From: Podarcis melisellensis
Taxonomy: Eukaryota
Length of the DNA stretch: 64,000 bases
NCBI GenBank assembly: GCA_964234715.1
Contig: OZ174279.1
Direction: 5' to 3' (one strand)
Under the pieces are notes generated by a model, which saw only the letters and a list, made by a program, of their open reading frames with translations, was not told the DNA's origin and searched no databases. Shown piece by piece: positions 25,574-37,498 of this stretch (the first letter of the stretch is position 1; each line of letters begins with the position of its first letter). Made by a program: the position numbers and the translations under genes.

Positions 25574-28285
25574 GACTCCACCATCTTCAACATGCAGAAG
25601 CCAATCGCATCCGCTGATGAAAGGACATCTTCCACTGCACCATAGCAGTTATGTTCTACATCTACTGGTGGAGGCAGTGTACTTTTGAATGCCAGTTCCT
25701 GGGAACTGAAATTGGAGAGAGAGCACTGTTGCAATCAAGTCCTGTCTGCAGCCTTCTTGTTACCTACTATAAGAACAGGATACTGGACTAGATGGGTCTT
25801 TGGCTAGACCCAGCTGGGTTTTCCTAAGGGCAGCAGGTCATATACGCCACACCAGGGGCTATGTTGCTCCCCTCCAATATTTCAAACAATCAAGGAATGG
25901 TGGAGGCCAAGTGTGGAGCTGAGTGTGGCTTGGCTTCCATGGCTGGCTCCAGCTGCTGTTAACCCTATAAATCGGCAGCTGGTGGCGCTTGGGCCAAACC
26001 GTGCTCTCCACTGCCAACCTTTGAGGCAAAAGAGATGTGTGGCCAATGAGAAGCACCTGCTCCAAAAGGAGTTGGGCGGAAGTTGTCGCCTTGGCCTGCT
26101 GCTGCCCCCACTCCCTTCTCAAAGTGGCCCTCCAGTAAAACAGCTTGCTGACTAGGGCCACGGAAGAGCAATTCGTCTGAGTCTTTTACATCAGGCATCC
26201 ACAGCGGAAAATCCGGCGTTGGGAGAGCCTCGTAAAGTTTTAAAGCTTGACAGTCATCTCCTTACAGTGGCATTTGTACAGAAGACGTACCAACAGCACC
26301 GCCTCGTGTCGTTCTGAAATATTGCACCCACCCAAAAATGAGGGTTAAAACAAGGAAACAAACAAATACGGAGCAGGCAGTTTTTCCTATGCCAGATCCT
26401 AACAAATAGCCAGCTAGAAATCTGCATCAGGATATTGCTACTGTCAATAAAACAATTATTTAAGAAAAGGCATTCTTGAAACACTGGGCTGAACAATTGT
26501 TTTGTGAGCTTCTTCCAGGCTCAGTCTGTGCCTGGGACCTTTCCCTGCCTATTCCCTTGATGGTTGCCTCAGTTGCCTCCTCTGCTTGCATATATGTTCC
26601 TGTTCTTCCAAAATTGCTGTGAACTTGGAGAATCTGTGATGGGAGCAAGAACAGAGACTCCCTGGTTAAAAAGGAAGGAGGCAGCAAAGGAAACAGAGAG
26701 AGAGAGAGAGAGTGAGTTGGTGGTGGGGAGTTTATCTTTTAAATGTTGCTAGACTACAATTTATTATTGCATTTATGGTTCACCTTTTTATTCCAGGAGC
26801 TCAAGGTGAGGTAGGTGTAGGGAGAGTGACAGAGAGAGAGCAGAAGAGAAAGACTGGCCCAAAGTCATGCAGTAAGCTTTGTAACTGAACAGGGATTTGA
26901 GCTCTGGTCTCCCTGGCCCTAGTACAACCCTCTAACCACCAGACCAAACTGGCTCTTCAGTGCCATGTCAACCCTGACCACTGGCCAGCTGGAGAGTGCT
27001 TGGTGCTGTACGAATGTGGAAAATGTCCTCATCAGGTTGCATGGTGAGAGGAGAGTGCAGTCACAGTGAGCCACAAAGGGCCACTGACATAAATCATCTA
27101 TCTTAAACAATAATAAGGTATTTATTAATGAAATTGCCTTGTTTCCAGAAATAACTTTAAAAAGAAATACAAATAAACCTAAGGTTGTCAAATAATGGAC
27201 AAATTCTGAGTTGCTTTAGTAGGTGGAATCTAGGTCATGATGGTTTGTAATGGCCCAATTGAATTTTAGTCCATATGTGTTCAGTTTCCTTTTCATCAGA
27301 GATAAGATGAGATGTCTACTCCTTAACACAATAACTTTCATTTTTATTCTTCTTCCACCCATGCGAAAGAATTTCAGTTCTCAGCTGAGGGACGTTGCTT
27401 ACAAAAGGAGAACAGAGACATGTTTTAAAAAATAATAATCATGTATTAATCTCTGTTATGATTGTAAGGGGAGGTTATATAAAACTGATAGATTAAAGCA
27501 AGATTTGCTTGCATAAATGCAGTGAACTGCGCTTCAATCTGCCACAGAGGCAACCCTGCAGATTATCACAGGCCAGGGTCAGCTTGCAGTCCCAGATCAC
27601 ATTGTAATGCTACCCTATCCATGAAACATTGTTACCTCTAAATGACTGACCAGCAAATGTATAGGCACACTGACGGTTGTGGCATAATACCATCCTGGAA
27701 CTGGTATTATTGGGGATACAGGCAGGTTATGCTTCTAAATATTTAGCATAACCTTAGCGTAAGTTCTTAAACTTAACAAGAACTTATAATAAGACTAAAC
27801 CTTAACACTATAGCATACAGAACAGAACACCACACCAGAACAAAGAGTTAGAAAGAGAAAGTGTGAAACCCAGGCTCCTCCTGGCCTGACTATTATAGTC
27901 AACATGATCTTGACACAAAGTATAACAGAACCAGTTTAAACCAGCTGTACTCAGCTTCCCAGAAGGAATAACCCAAACAAGAGCCTTCTGCTTGCTTCTT
28001 TCACATAGAAAGAAACCAGAACCCTCTTGAACTAAGCAGAACAGGCAAGACCTCTACACACCAAATCAATACTTTCTGTACTAAGAAATGCAAACTGACA
28101 ATTTCGTCTCTGTCTGACCCTTGGAACTTTCTCCAGGCCATTACTCCTCTCCCCAGGCCACAGATAGGAAAGGCACAGAAGGGCATATTCAGCTCCTGGG
28201 GCCTGAGGTTTCTCACCCCTGCTGCATAGAGAGGTGTGGTTAATTGAAGTGATGTATATTGAATAAATCTCCAATGAGCCACAAA

Positions 28286-28589
28286 GGAAATCTTAAGAAA
28301 ATCAGCCCTGAGTGCTCACTGGAAGGACAGATCCTGAAGCTGAGACTCCAATACTTTGGCCACCTCATGAGAAGAGAAGACTCCCTGGAAAAGACCCTGA
28401 TGTTGGGAAAGATGGAGGGCACAAGGAGAAGGGGACGACAGAGGATGAGATGGTTGGATAGTGTTCTCAAAGCTACCAACATGAGCTTGACCAAACTGCG
28501 GAAGGCAGTGGAAGACAGGAGTGCCTGGCGTGCTCTGGTCCATGGGGTCACGAAGAGTCGGACACGACTAAATGACTAAACAACAACAA
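28286..28589 (+). mobile_element. Bov-B (RTE) LINE 3' fragment
   Basis: ISPECSLEGQILKLRLQYFGHLMRREDSLEKTLMLGKMEGTRRRGRQRMRWLD; (CAA)n tail; TSD AGCCACAAA at 28277-28285 and 28590-28598. Confidence 0.92.
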
Positions 28590-29225
28590 AGCCACAAAAC
28601 TCACTGGAAAATATTGTTGTCAGCCTTTCTCTCTTGACTGACCTACCTCCCAGGGTTGTTGTGGGACTAAGATGGGTGACATGTTCATTCCTCCGCTCTT
28701 CAAAGACAGGCATTGTTCATTGTAAATAAATAAAGACACACATTAAGTGAATATATTTTTTTAAAAGAACTAATCTTAATTGCTCATCAAGAAAATATAG
28801 TGTACGAACACATCCCATTGAAATCAATGGGACTTAAGGTTTCAGTTAAATAAATTGATTCCAAGATTAAAATTCCTGAAATGTAAGGATCTACAATAGC
28901 CCTCAAATGTTGCTTTGGGCACCTCGTTGCACAAATTTTGCACCTGTACTAGAGAAAAAAAGGCAATTTACTTGTGGTAAGATTCTGCAAAAATTGAAGG
29001 TGGGTATTATGGTACCTATTTATTTATTATGATTAAATATAAAGGTATAATGAGGCAAATAAATGTTGGACTTAAATTGGTTCCTATGAAAAACAGGCAT
29101 GTACACAGATCTACCTCAATATCGTAGCAGGAGTAAAGCTGAAATTAACCTGTTCCTCTGTGCCATGGTCCCAGTGGAAATTCCTCTCCAGAACCTACTG
29201 TTTGTCTTGCTATTTGCGCTGATTA

Positions 29226-29467
29226 CAGTGGTACCCCGGGTTACATACGCTTCAGGTTACATACACTTCAGGTTACAGACTCTGCTAACCCAGAAATAGT
29301 ACCTCGGGTTAAGAACTTTGCTTCAGGATGAGAACAGAAATTGTGCTCCGGCGGCGCGGCAGCTGCAGGAGGCCCTATTAGCTAAAGTGGTGCTTCAGGT
29401 TAAGAACAGTTTCAGGTTAAGAACAGACCTCCAAAACGAATTAAGTACTTAACCCAAGGTGCCACTG
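29226..29467 (+). mobile_element. Tc1/mariner MITE, family A
   Basis: TA|CAGTGGTACC..GGTGCCACTG|TA. Confidence 0.9.
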
Positions 29468-30332
29468 TATTCTTCCTCCCTTCTGGAGGAATTAGCAGTT
29501 TCCAGGGGGCCATAACATGTGTGTGTGTGTGTTAATTCCCTGCTCCTCCCTATGCACTGCACTCCCCAAAATGCTAGGTTGTTGTTGTTTTTTTTTAAAA
29601 AAGATATGTAATTGCAATTGCACTTTTAATGCATAGTTTGGTCCTGATTCACAATGAAACCCTATTGCTCCCCCCCCCTTGTGAGCCTTTTTTTTGTGAC
29701 TAAGTCTGGCTGGATTGTGCTCTGCATATCCACGGGGTGGCAGTGCTGTGCTAATCATCTACAACAATGTTGTTGTGGGTTTTTTTTTACAACTACTGTA
29801 TTTGTTTTGCTATTATTATTTAGCACAATGTGCTTTTATTTTTTAAAAAAAATCACCAGCTTCATCCTCACAGTGTCTCTGGGAGTTAGTGAATGAGTAG
29901 TCCCATTTTACACGTGGCAGACTTGACCTTGGAAGAGAATGACTCAGTTACATGGAATAACATTCGAATCTGATCTGATGCAGCGTGTGTGACCCTTTGT
30001 GTCCAGATAGCAGCCTGGTTTTTGTCCAGGAGCACTAACACAGATGCAGCATATGGATTCATGGCTGCCAAGTTGCAACCTCCAATTCCCTCTGTACCTT
30101 TCAGCCTCTTACTGAATCAGAAGATGGGGCAGCTACAGTTTTTATGCATCTCCTCTCCCCACCCCCAATAATTTTGTCTCTCTTCTCTGGTGTGACCTGG
30201 CAACCTTAAGGCACCAACTAGCACAGGATTTCTGTTCAACTGAACCTGCCTTGTACAGAATGAGACCAATAGTTCATGTAGCTCAGTATTACCTCCACCA
30301 CCTGGCTGGGGGCAGGAGTATTTTACAGCCTA

Positions 30333-30972
30333 ACAGTAAGAGCTGTTTGACAGTTGAACAGACTCCCTCAGAAGGTGATGAATACTCCTTCCTTGCAGGT
30401 TTTTAAGCAGAGGTTGTGATGGTCATCGGTTGTTATGTACTGAGTTGAATAGGATCCAACATGCAGCAGTCTGATTGGTCCTAGAACAATAGGATCCAAA
30501 ATGCAACAGTCTGATTGGTCCTAGAACAATCGGATTCAGAATGCAGCAGTCTGATTGGTCCTAGAAAAATAGGATCCAAAATGCAGCAGTCTGATTGGTC
30601 CTAGAACAATCGGATTCAGAATCCAGCAGTCTGATTGGTCCTAGAACAATGCAGCAGTATGATTGGTCTGCAGGAGCCACCCAATCCAGCTCCAGATGGA
30701 ATTGAATCCACAACCTGATTGGCCTACAGGAGAATCCTGGAATTAGCCAATCATGTGCAGCCCATTGTGTAAATAATGTATATAAAGCAGATACTGTGGG
30801 GGAACTTCCATTCCTTCTCACCACTATGAGCTGAATAAAGAGCATGAAATCCACTCTCGATTCCGAGTATATTTCATCGGTCATGGAAGCTTAAATGAGA
30901 TTCCTGCATTGCAGGGGGTTGGACTAGATGTCCCTCGGGATCCCTTCCAACTCTACCATTCTACGATTCTAA
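30333..30972 (+). mobile_element. CR1 LINE 3' fragment interrupted by a solo LTR
   Basis: CR1 3' sequence on both sides of 30431-30876, ending ATTCTACGATTCTA. Confidence 0.8.
30431..30876 (+). mobile_element. Solo LTR with 40-bp CCAAT tandem array
   Basis: TG..CA ends, 5-bp TSD TCGGT, TATATAAA at 30779, AATAAA at 30834. Confidence 0.87.
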
Positions 30973-31903
30973 CCTGGAGATGCTGAGAATTGAATATGGG
31001 ACCTCCTGGATGCAATGCAGACCCGCTGGGCTATGGCTCATGAAGCTTTTGAGGTATTTTAAAGGAAATTCACCAAAATCTACACTCCTGACATGGGCTG
31101 TCATATGTCCAGATTTCCCCAGACATTTCAGCAATTTTCGTCCGGACAGTTTGCAATGGTCAAATCATGGCTATGTCCAGGATGTATGGCAGCCCTAACC
31201 ACTTGCAATTAGAGCCCAGACTTATCAGTGCAAAATTTAGCATGAGAACCAGCAGGGTCCCCATTTGGATGGTGGCTATAGGGTGGTGGTGGTGGTTCAG
31301 TGTGGCTGATGTTCTCAAGGCAATATTAATGGACCAAGATGTTCCAAACTGTATAAAGTTAAAATTAGCAACATAGCCTTTTGACAATAACATTAAAACA
31401 CTTTCAATATGCCTCCCTCCCGGACTTGATTAAAATTAATCGTGGCAGGTGGAATTCAAGCAAACAAGCAATGTTGCCCACAAAATGGCATCTCTTTTTT
31501 TTCTTTTCTGGAAGCCTACATTATTTTCACTTTATAAATCAGACTTTTTAAAAACACACCAAGCCTGCCTCAAGGCGAACGTTAAGTGGTGCAAGTGCAA
31601 TTCTACCAGCTTAAATGGGTTTGGGCTCTAATGTGAATGGTAGAAGCTTTCCCATGCTCTTCAGATCACAGAGCCTGGGGCCATCATGAGCCAGCACACA
31701 AGCAGGGCCATGACTGCTGTGACCTTCGTAAGAGACAACTGGGTGGTAAGTTTTTTGCTTACCCAGAGTGCATGCAAAGGGAAGATGCTGGAGTATGAAG
31801 GCCATTAAATTCAAAGATCAGGTGGCAATCAATGGGGTGAAAGTAGTCCCTTTTCAAAGTGAGGCCAAGAACTAAACCATCACAATAAAACAATCTGCAC
31901 ATG

Positions 31904-32376
31904 CAGAAGGACACTGACAAACTGGAACGTGTCCAGAGGAGGGCAACCAAAATGGTCAAAGGCCTGGAAACGATGCCTTATGAGGAACGGCTAAGGGAGC
32001 TGGGCATGTTTAGCCTGGAGAAGAGGAGGTTAAGAAGTGATATGATAGCCATGTTCAAATATATAAAAGGATGTCACATAGAGGAGGGAGAAAGGTTGTT
32101 TTCTGCTGCTCCAGAGAAGCGGACACGGAGCAATGGATCCAAACTACAAGAAAGAAGATTCCACCTAAACATTAGGAAGAACTTCCTGACAGTAAGAGCT
32201 GTTCGACAGTGGAATTTGCTGCCAAGGAGTGTGGTGGAGTCTCGTTCTTTGGAGGTCTTTAAGCAGAGGCTTGACAACCATATGTCAGGAGTGCTCTGAT
32301 GGTGTTTCCTGCTTGGCAGGGGGTTGGACTCGATGGCCCTTGTGGTCTCTTCCAACTCTATGATTCTATGATTCTA
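31904..32376 (+). mobile_element. CR1 LINE 3' fragment, open ORF2 C-terminus
   Basis: [49 protein letters not shown], followed by an (ATTCTATG)n tail. Confidence 0.93.
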
Positions 32377-33054
32377 AGAACCACATGGTGAAATTATTCC
32401 TGGAATGTACTATTCAGACTGGAGGGGAATTTTTTCAGCGGGTGTCAGGGTGGGGGTGGGGGAGAAGCCTCATGTCAAAATGCTTCTATGTAATGTGCAC
32501 ACTCAAAACCAGCATGTTCGGAAACAGGATGCAGGCTAGCCTTTTCCACGTCGTGCTGGTTTTGCTTGTATCTGTACATTGCATAAACGAACTTTCAAAC
32601 ATTTCATCCCCCATTCACATTCTGAAGTGGTACTTACTGTCCAGCATCAAGATACATCATGTGAATCTGCTGATCAGGTAGCTCAGTTATAAAGTCATTT
32701 ACTAGATTACAGGAGCAGCGTGGCTGTGGTCCCCAGTGATACAGCAGCTCCCAAAGCTACCTCAATAATGAGGAATAAAGTGAAAAGCCACCTACCATAC
32801 AAGGATGGCATGACTAGATTAGGGAAACTAACTGTGGGTATGCTCTCACATCTATTAAGGTTGCCGCTAATCCAAAATTTAATGATGTTTTATTTCTCAC
32901 TGGACTCCTTCGTCCCTATAACCATGTGAACTCTTTTCATTCATTTTACCATTCCTGATTATTCTGGTTTTTCCAGTTAAAAATGCCTATTTATTCATTT
33001 ATATATTCTGCTTCCTCCCCAGTTCCTTCTTTTTAGGGAATTTCCACCATAAAA

Positions 33055-33283
33055 AAGGTAAAAGGACCCCTGACCATTAGGTCCAGTCATGACCAACTCT
33101 GGGGTTGTGGCGCTCATCTCGCTTTATTGGCTGAGGGAGCTGGCGTACAGCTTCTGTGTCATGTGGCCAGCATGACTAAGCCATTTCTGGCGAACCAGAG
33201 CAGTGCACAGAAACACCATTTACCTTCCCGCCAGAGCGGTACCTATTTATCTACTTGCACTTTGACGTGCTTTCGAACTGCTA
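33055..33283 (-). mobile_element. Sauria SINE, 5'-truncated
   Basis: Tail and body match the other copies; the tRNA-like head is missing. Confidence 0.88.
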
Positions 33284-33995
33284 AATAACAGTCCTGCTTT
33301 TACGGCATGCATTTTAGACTAACAAATGCCTCACTCCAACAGCACCCGTGGCTGGGAATGAAGAGAAGGATTCAAATTAAGAGAATATGACATTACAGAT
33401 CCAGCTGTCCTTCACTTTATCTTAATTGAGGCTTTTGAGCAAGCCTTTGGGGCATGGCAGGAGTGTCCCCATGACATGCAGTTGTCATATTTTATGGTGA
33501 AGTGTGGTTTAGGAAATTTTGCTTGTAAGGTGGTTTTACAAACGTTGTTAGCTGCTCTGTGTGCAGAAGAGTACAATGCAATAAAATAAATTGCCTCCAC
33601 CTTCAAATTCAGTTCTGCTCTACTGTAATATTTTCTTTCCTCCCACCTATCCCCTGAGGCTGACAAGACGAGGAGGAGGACAAGAAGGTGTAACTTTCAG
33701 CATTGCATGGGAGAGGGAACTTCAGGAGAGGCCTGCTTTTTCTCTCAGCCCTTCAAACTGCCTCTTCTGCACAAATATGAAATGGACAGGAACGCCAACG
33801 TCCTTTGCAGCCAGCCACCTGGATATACTCTGAATTGACCCAATTATTATTATTATAATAATTATTTTGAATTGCCTTTTACATGCACCTCAAGTCAATT
33901 TACAAATATATCTAAGGCTAAGAATAGTTTTTTAAAGGGTGCAAAAAACCAGCTAAAGACAGCTGCTCATTTTGTGCTGTTTTTAAACCTAAAGC

Positions 33996-34129
33996 CAGTG
34001 CTTTTTTCCTTAAAAAATGTTTAGGGGTACTCTCATTTTCCTATTCATATTGAAATACTGACCCTCAATGAGGTCAGATTCACAAAATGTTTAGGGGTAC
34101 CCCTGCGTCCCCCCCAGAAAAAAGCACTG
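33996..34129. mobile_element. hAT-type MITE
   Basis: TIR CAGTGCTTTTT/AAAAAGCACTG; internal repeat AAAATGTTTAGGGGTAC present twice. Confidence 0.7.
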
Positions 34130-34399
34130 CATATGGCAGAGACCTTTCCATCCGGCTGGAAAAGCTAGCCGAAACAAATGTCTTCGACAGTTTCCAGAAA
34201 GTAGGGATCATGGGTGCCCATTGTCTTTTGACAGGGATGCTGCCACTCTGTGAGCATGGGCGCCCGGGCTGAAAGCCCTGCCACGGAGCAGGCTTCCGAT
34301 ATTTTAGGGACGTGAGAGAAGAGCTCTCCTGCAAAACACAGCGACCTCCTGAGAATATGAAGGACAAGGAACACTTCTCATTATCCATAGAGCTGGCAT

Positions 34400-35600
34400 C
34401 GAACATTTTTTCTGCATGAGGCGAAGCTGCAAATGCACCCCTGCCTCCTGTGACTGTGCCCATCACAGTTATTTTGGCACCCGAGGCCGAAAACCCCACA
34501 AGCCGCCTTCCCCTTCGGTGGCGGTAAAAGGCGATAATAAATAAAAGAATGAAGCAGCTCCTTGCCCTTGGATGAGAGCCCAAATCAGCTCCCTGAGGCG
34601 GCCCTCTCCCTCTGCTTAACGGTAGAGCCGGCCCTGTCTGTGCCGCTTCCTCCGTACACACAAACACACACCCTTTCTTCTTTTATATATATGTATATAT
34701 ACATACAAATATGTGCCCCTTTATCCTTTCCCTGACCCTTTTCTTCCTCCCTGCCTTCCTCCCTCTCTCCTCCCCTCAGCTTGCACAGGCCCAGTAATCA
34801 GATGAGGCAACCGGATTATCTCTAGTCCCTCGGCTGCCAGTCTCCATTTTGTTTCCTCACAGCCTTGGGGGTGGCAGGCACTCCCAAAGTGGCTCACCTG
34901 GAGATGTGAAGAGGGGGAAAACACACACACAACACCTCGGGCTATTTATTATTATTATTTTATTTTTTTTCCCCTCCCGCGCGCCCTCTTCCCTTCTCGC
35001 TTCGAGGGCTGTTTTGCCGCCTTCCCTCAGCCTCATCCCCTGGTGGCCGTTCCCAAAGGGAGACTTCGAGCAAGAGATCGCGCGCCATTCCGGTCCTCTC
35101 TCTCTTCGCCTAGCGAGCATCCTCATCCTTCGTGGGAATCCCCCAAGAGCTGGAGGCGTCTGCGGCCTGGATGTGAAACCTCCGTGACTTGGAGGGAAAG
35201 GTAAGGTCTGCGGAGGCCGGCGGCGCTTGTTTCCCTCTGCCCTCTATCAAAGAGGGAGAAACCTCGTCGGAGAAACCTCTCTTCTTTTTTTACACACAAA
35301 GCGTGCGCTTGGAAAGGGGCTGTCGAGGTTTTCCCAGGGAAACCTAGCAGTGACTGCCTTAGCCATGATGGGCTTCCTTTTCCCAGCGGTGGCGGGAAAA
35401 AAGAGCCCCTTAAGACGCCAGTAAGGAAACTCGCCGGATTCAACGCGGATTCACAAGTGTCTTTTCTCGACCCCCCTTGCCAGATGTGTGCCAGCTTTTG
35501 CTTAACTATCCCTTTCGTCCCGTGGAGGATTTCCAAAGTTTGATTTGTGCGTTTCAGGTTGTCCGCCTCTTGTCCTCATCTTCGTCCCAGCTTAGGCCAC
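34400..35600 (+). promoter_or_regulatory. CpG island; probable GPRIN2 promoter and non-coding first exon ending at donor 35200/35201
   Basis: The strongest non-repeat CpG/GC-rich stretch in the window. Strong donor AAG|GTAAGG at 35201. The GPRIN2 CDS is preceded by an acceptor, so an upstream exon is required (inferred intron about 20.3 kb). Confidence 0.65.
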
Positions 35601-37498
35601 TGTGGGGGGGGGGGTGTACTTTGCACATGCTCAGGGGCACCCTCGTCTGCTTTTGAGGGTTCCAGAAAACACAGGTTGTGGGACTGAGTTAACACCCCTC
35701 TGGTGCTGGGCCATGCGGCCGGAGTCAAGTCTCTGCTGTGCTTGTGTTGTATAGTGATTTTGTTTCCATTCTTTAATGTTTTAGGGATGCTCAGCTGGGG
35801 CGCTGGAGGTTATATGCTCTACCTGTTCTATTTGTTGTTTATTATTATTATTATTGATTGATTGACTTTATATACCACTCTGTACCCCAGGGTCTCTGGG
35901 TGGTTCATAGAATAAGATCAAGATATAAAACCACAAAATACATGATAAAAATAAAAATAACAACCCACTAGCCCCCCCCAAAAAAACACATTTTAAAAGA
36001 GCACAGGATGTTGAAGTATTGCTGTTGAATGTGGTCTGTGTGAAGTGGGAGGGAACAAGCACTCCCTTTTTTTGCTATGGGGTCGCAACCAATAACCTTT
36101 GAATTGCCCCAGAATTATCATCAAGAGATACGCTGTGCCAGGAGTGCCAACGTGGCCCCACGATTGGGGGATGCCCAGGCCATGGGTGCTGTGCAGCATG
36201 CATGGCCCTGGCACCAGAATTTCTGGGAACCCGGCCCCTTCATGGGGAAATTTGTGGGTGCTCGGGCACCCAGGGCCTCAGGGACTTGGGACCTATACAC
36301 TGTGCAAATATTAGTGCTGTACATTTTGTTACGCCCCCTTCTGGAATGAAAATTGACACTTCCACGTTGTTTCTTCCTTAGATGGAATTCACTAAAGTTT
36401 TGGTGCTTTTTTAAAATGGCAATCTGGAGATGGATCTCTGAGATCTTTGTATTGTTGACTTTAAATGAGAGAGAGTTCTTTTGCTGGTGGGGAAATGTAG
36501 TCTATGACGGCAGATACTATAGATGGGAAAATGTATTGATTGTGCACTGGCAGGGGGTGTGCATTCAGTTACTGCCCTGTGTGTTTCTTTAACCAGCTTT
36601 GGCTTAATTGCTGGAACCAGGAAAAAAACAATATTGGGAGGGCTCATAAAGAGCAGCAAGCATGATGCGTGAATATGTGTCGTTCTAAATACATGGGTCC
36701 AACAATGGGGGTTGGGGGTGTGAACTGGTTATCTGGGAGCAGGAGGACAACCCCTCTGGGTCCCAGCATTGGCTCCTCTGCTTTTAAGGGCAGTGTGGTT
36801 TGCAGAGATTTAGCAAGCAGAGCTTTCCCAGCATAGAAAGCATATGGTGGGAGAGAGCATATCTGCTTAATCTGGGTGCAAGCACAGAGCTGGTAAAAAT
36901 GTTGGCAACCCTACATGCAGTTTGCTCTTGAATACACTGCATGCACACACACTCGTTGCTCCAAAAGGTGCAATACTGCAAGATTTTGCAGTTTGTGTTG
37001 TGCTCACTAGAGAACTGCAGGAGAAAAGTCAAACACGTTTTCTTTAGGAAAATTGCACCTTTGAAATGTTAAATTATAGGAAAGAGTTGTTGCTGAATGC
37101 AACAGGCAACTTTCCAAAAGATACCTGTATTAGTAACCAATGAATTTTTAGGTCAAATCTTACAGCTGTTTTGTGCCTAATAGGCTGAATCTACACAGAT
37201 ATTTTTTTAAAAATGCTGTGAAAATGCCTTTTCAAAAAAAACATAAAGTATATATGGGATTTGCCATTAGCTTATCAGCACCATCTAGTGTCACATTTGT
37301 ATAATGCATTTAAAACACACTTAAAATGTTGTATTTGCAGCTGTATAACTGAGTACATAATAAAGACGCCCAAACGGTACTTTAACAGATAGTTAAGGAG
37401 GCATCTTGGAAGTGAAAGCCATATATAAAAGTGGAAAAGGGGCTACCATTACAACAAAATTATATGCATATTTACTCAGCTTTCACTGGTGGAACATA

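Noticed and set aside
25965-26198. ORF MPDVKDS.. as a candidate SYT15 first exon
   Set aside because: No phase-1 donor after the ATG; 24501-24507 gives the right phase, a perfect GTAAGT donor and an MSEQ start.
30451-30650. Regular 40-bp repeats resembling a CRISPR array
   Set aside because: Head-to-tail units with no unique spacers, inside a eukaryotic solo LTR; no cas genes.
31901-32299. 132-aa ORF as a host gene (also 28259-28579)
   Set aside because: C-terminal ends of CR1 and Bov-B ORFs from 5'-truncated insertions.
34080-34667. 195-aa minus-strand ORF
   Set aside because: No recognisable domain, overlaps a MITE and the GC-rich promoter region; a long ORF is expected by chance here.
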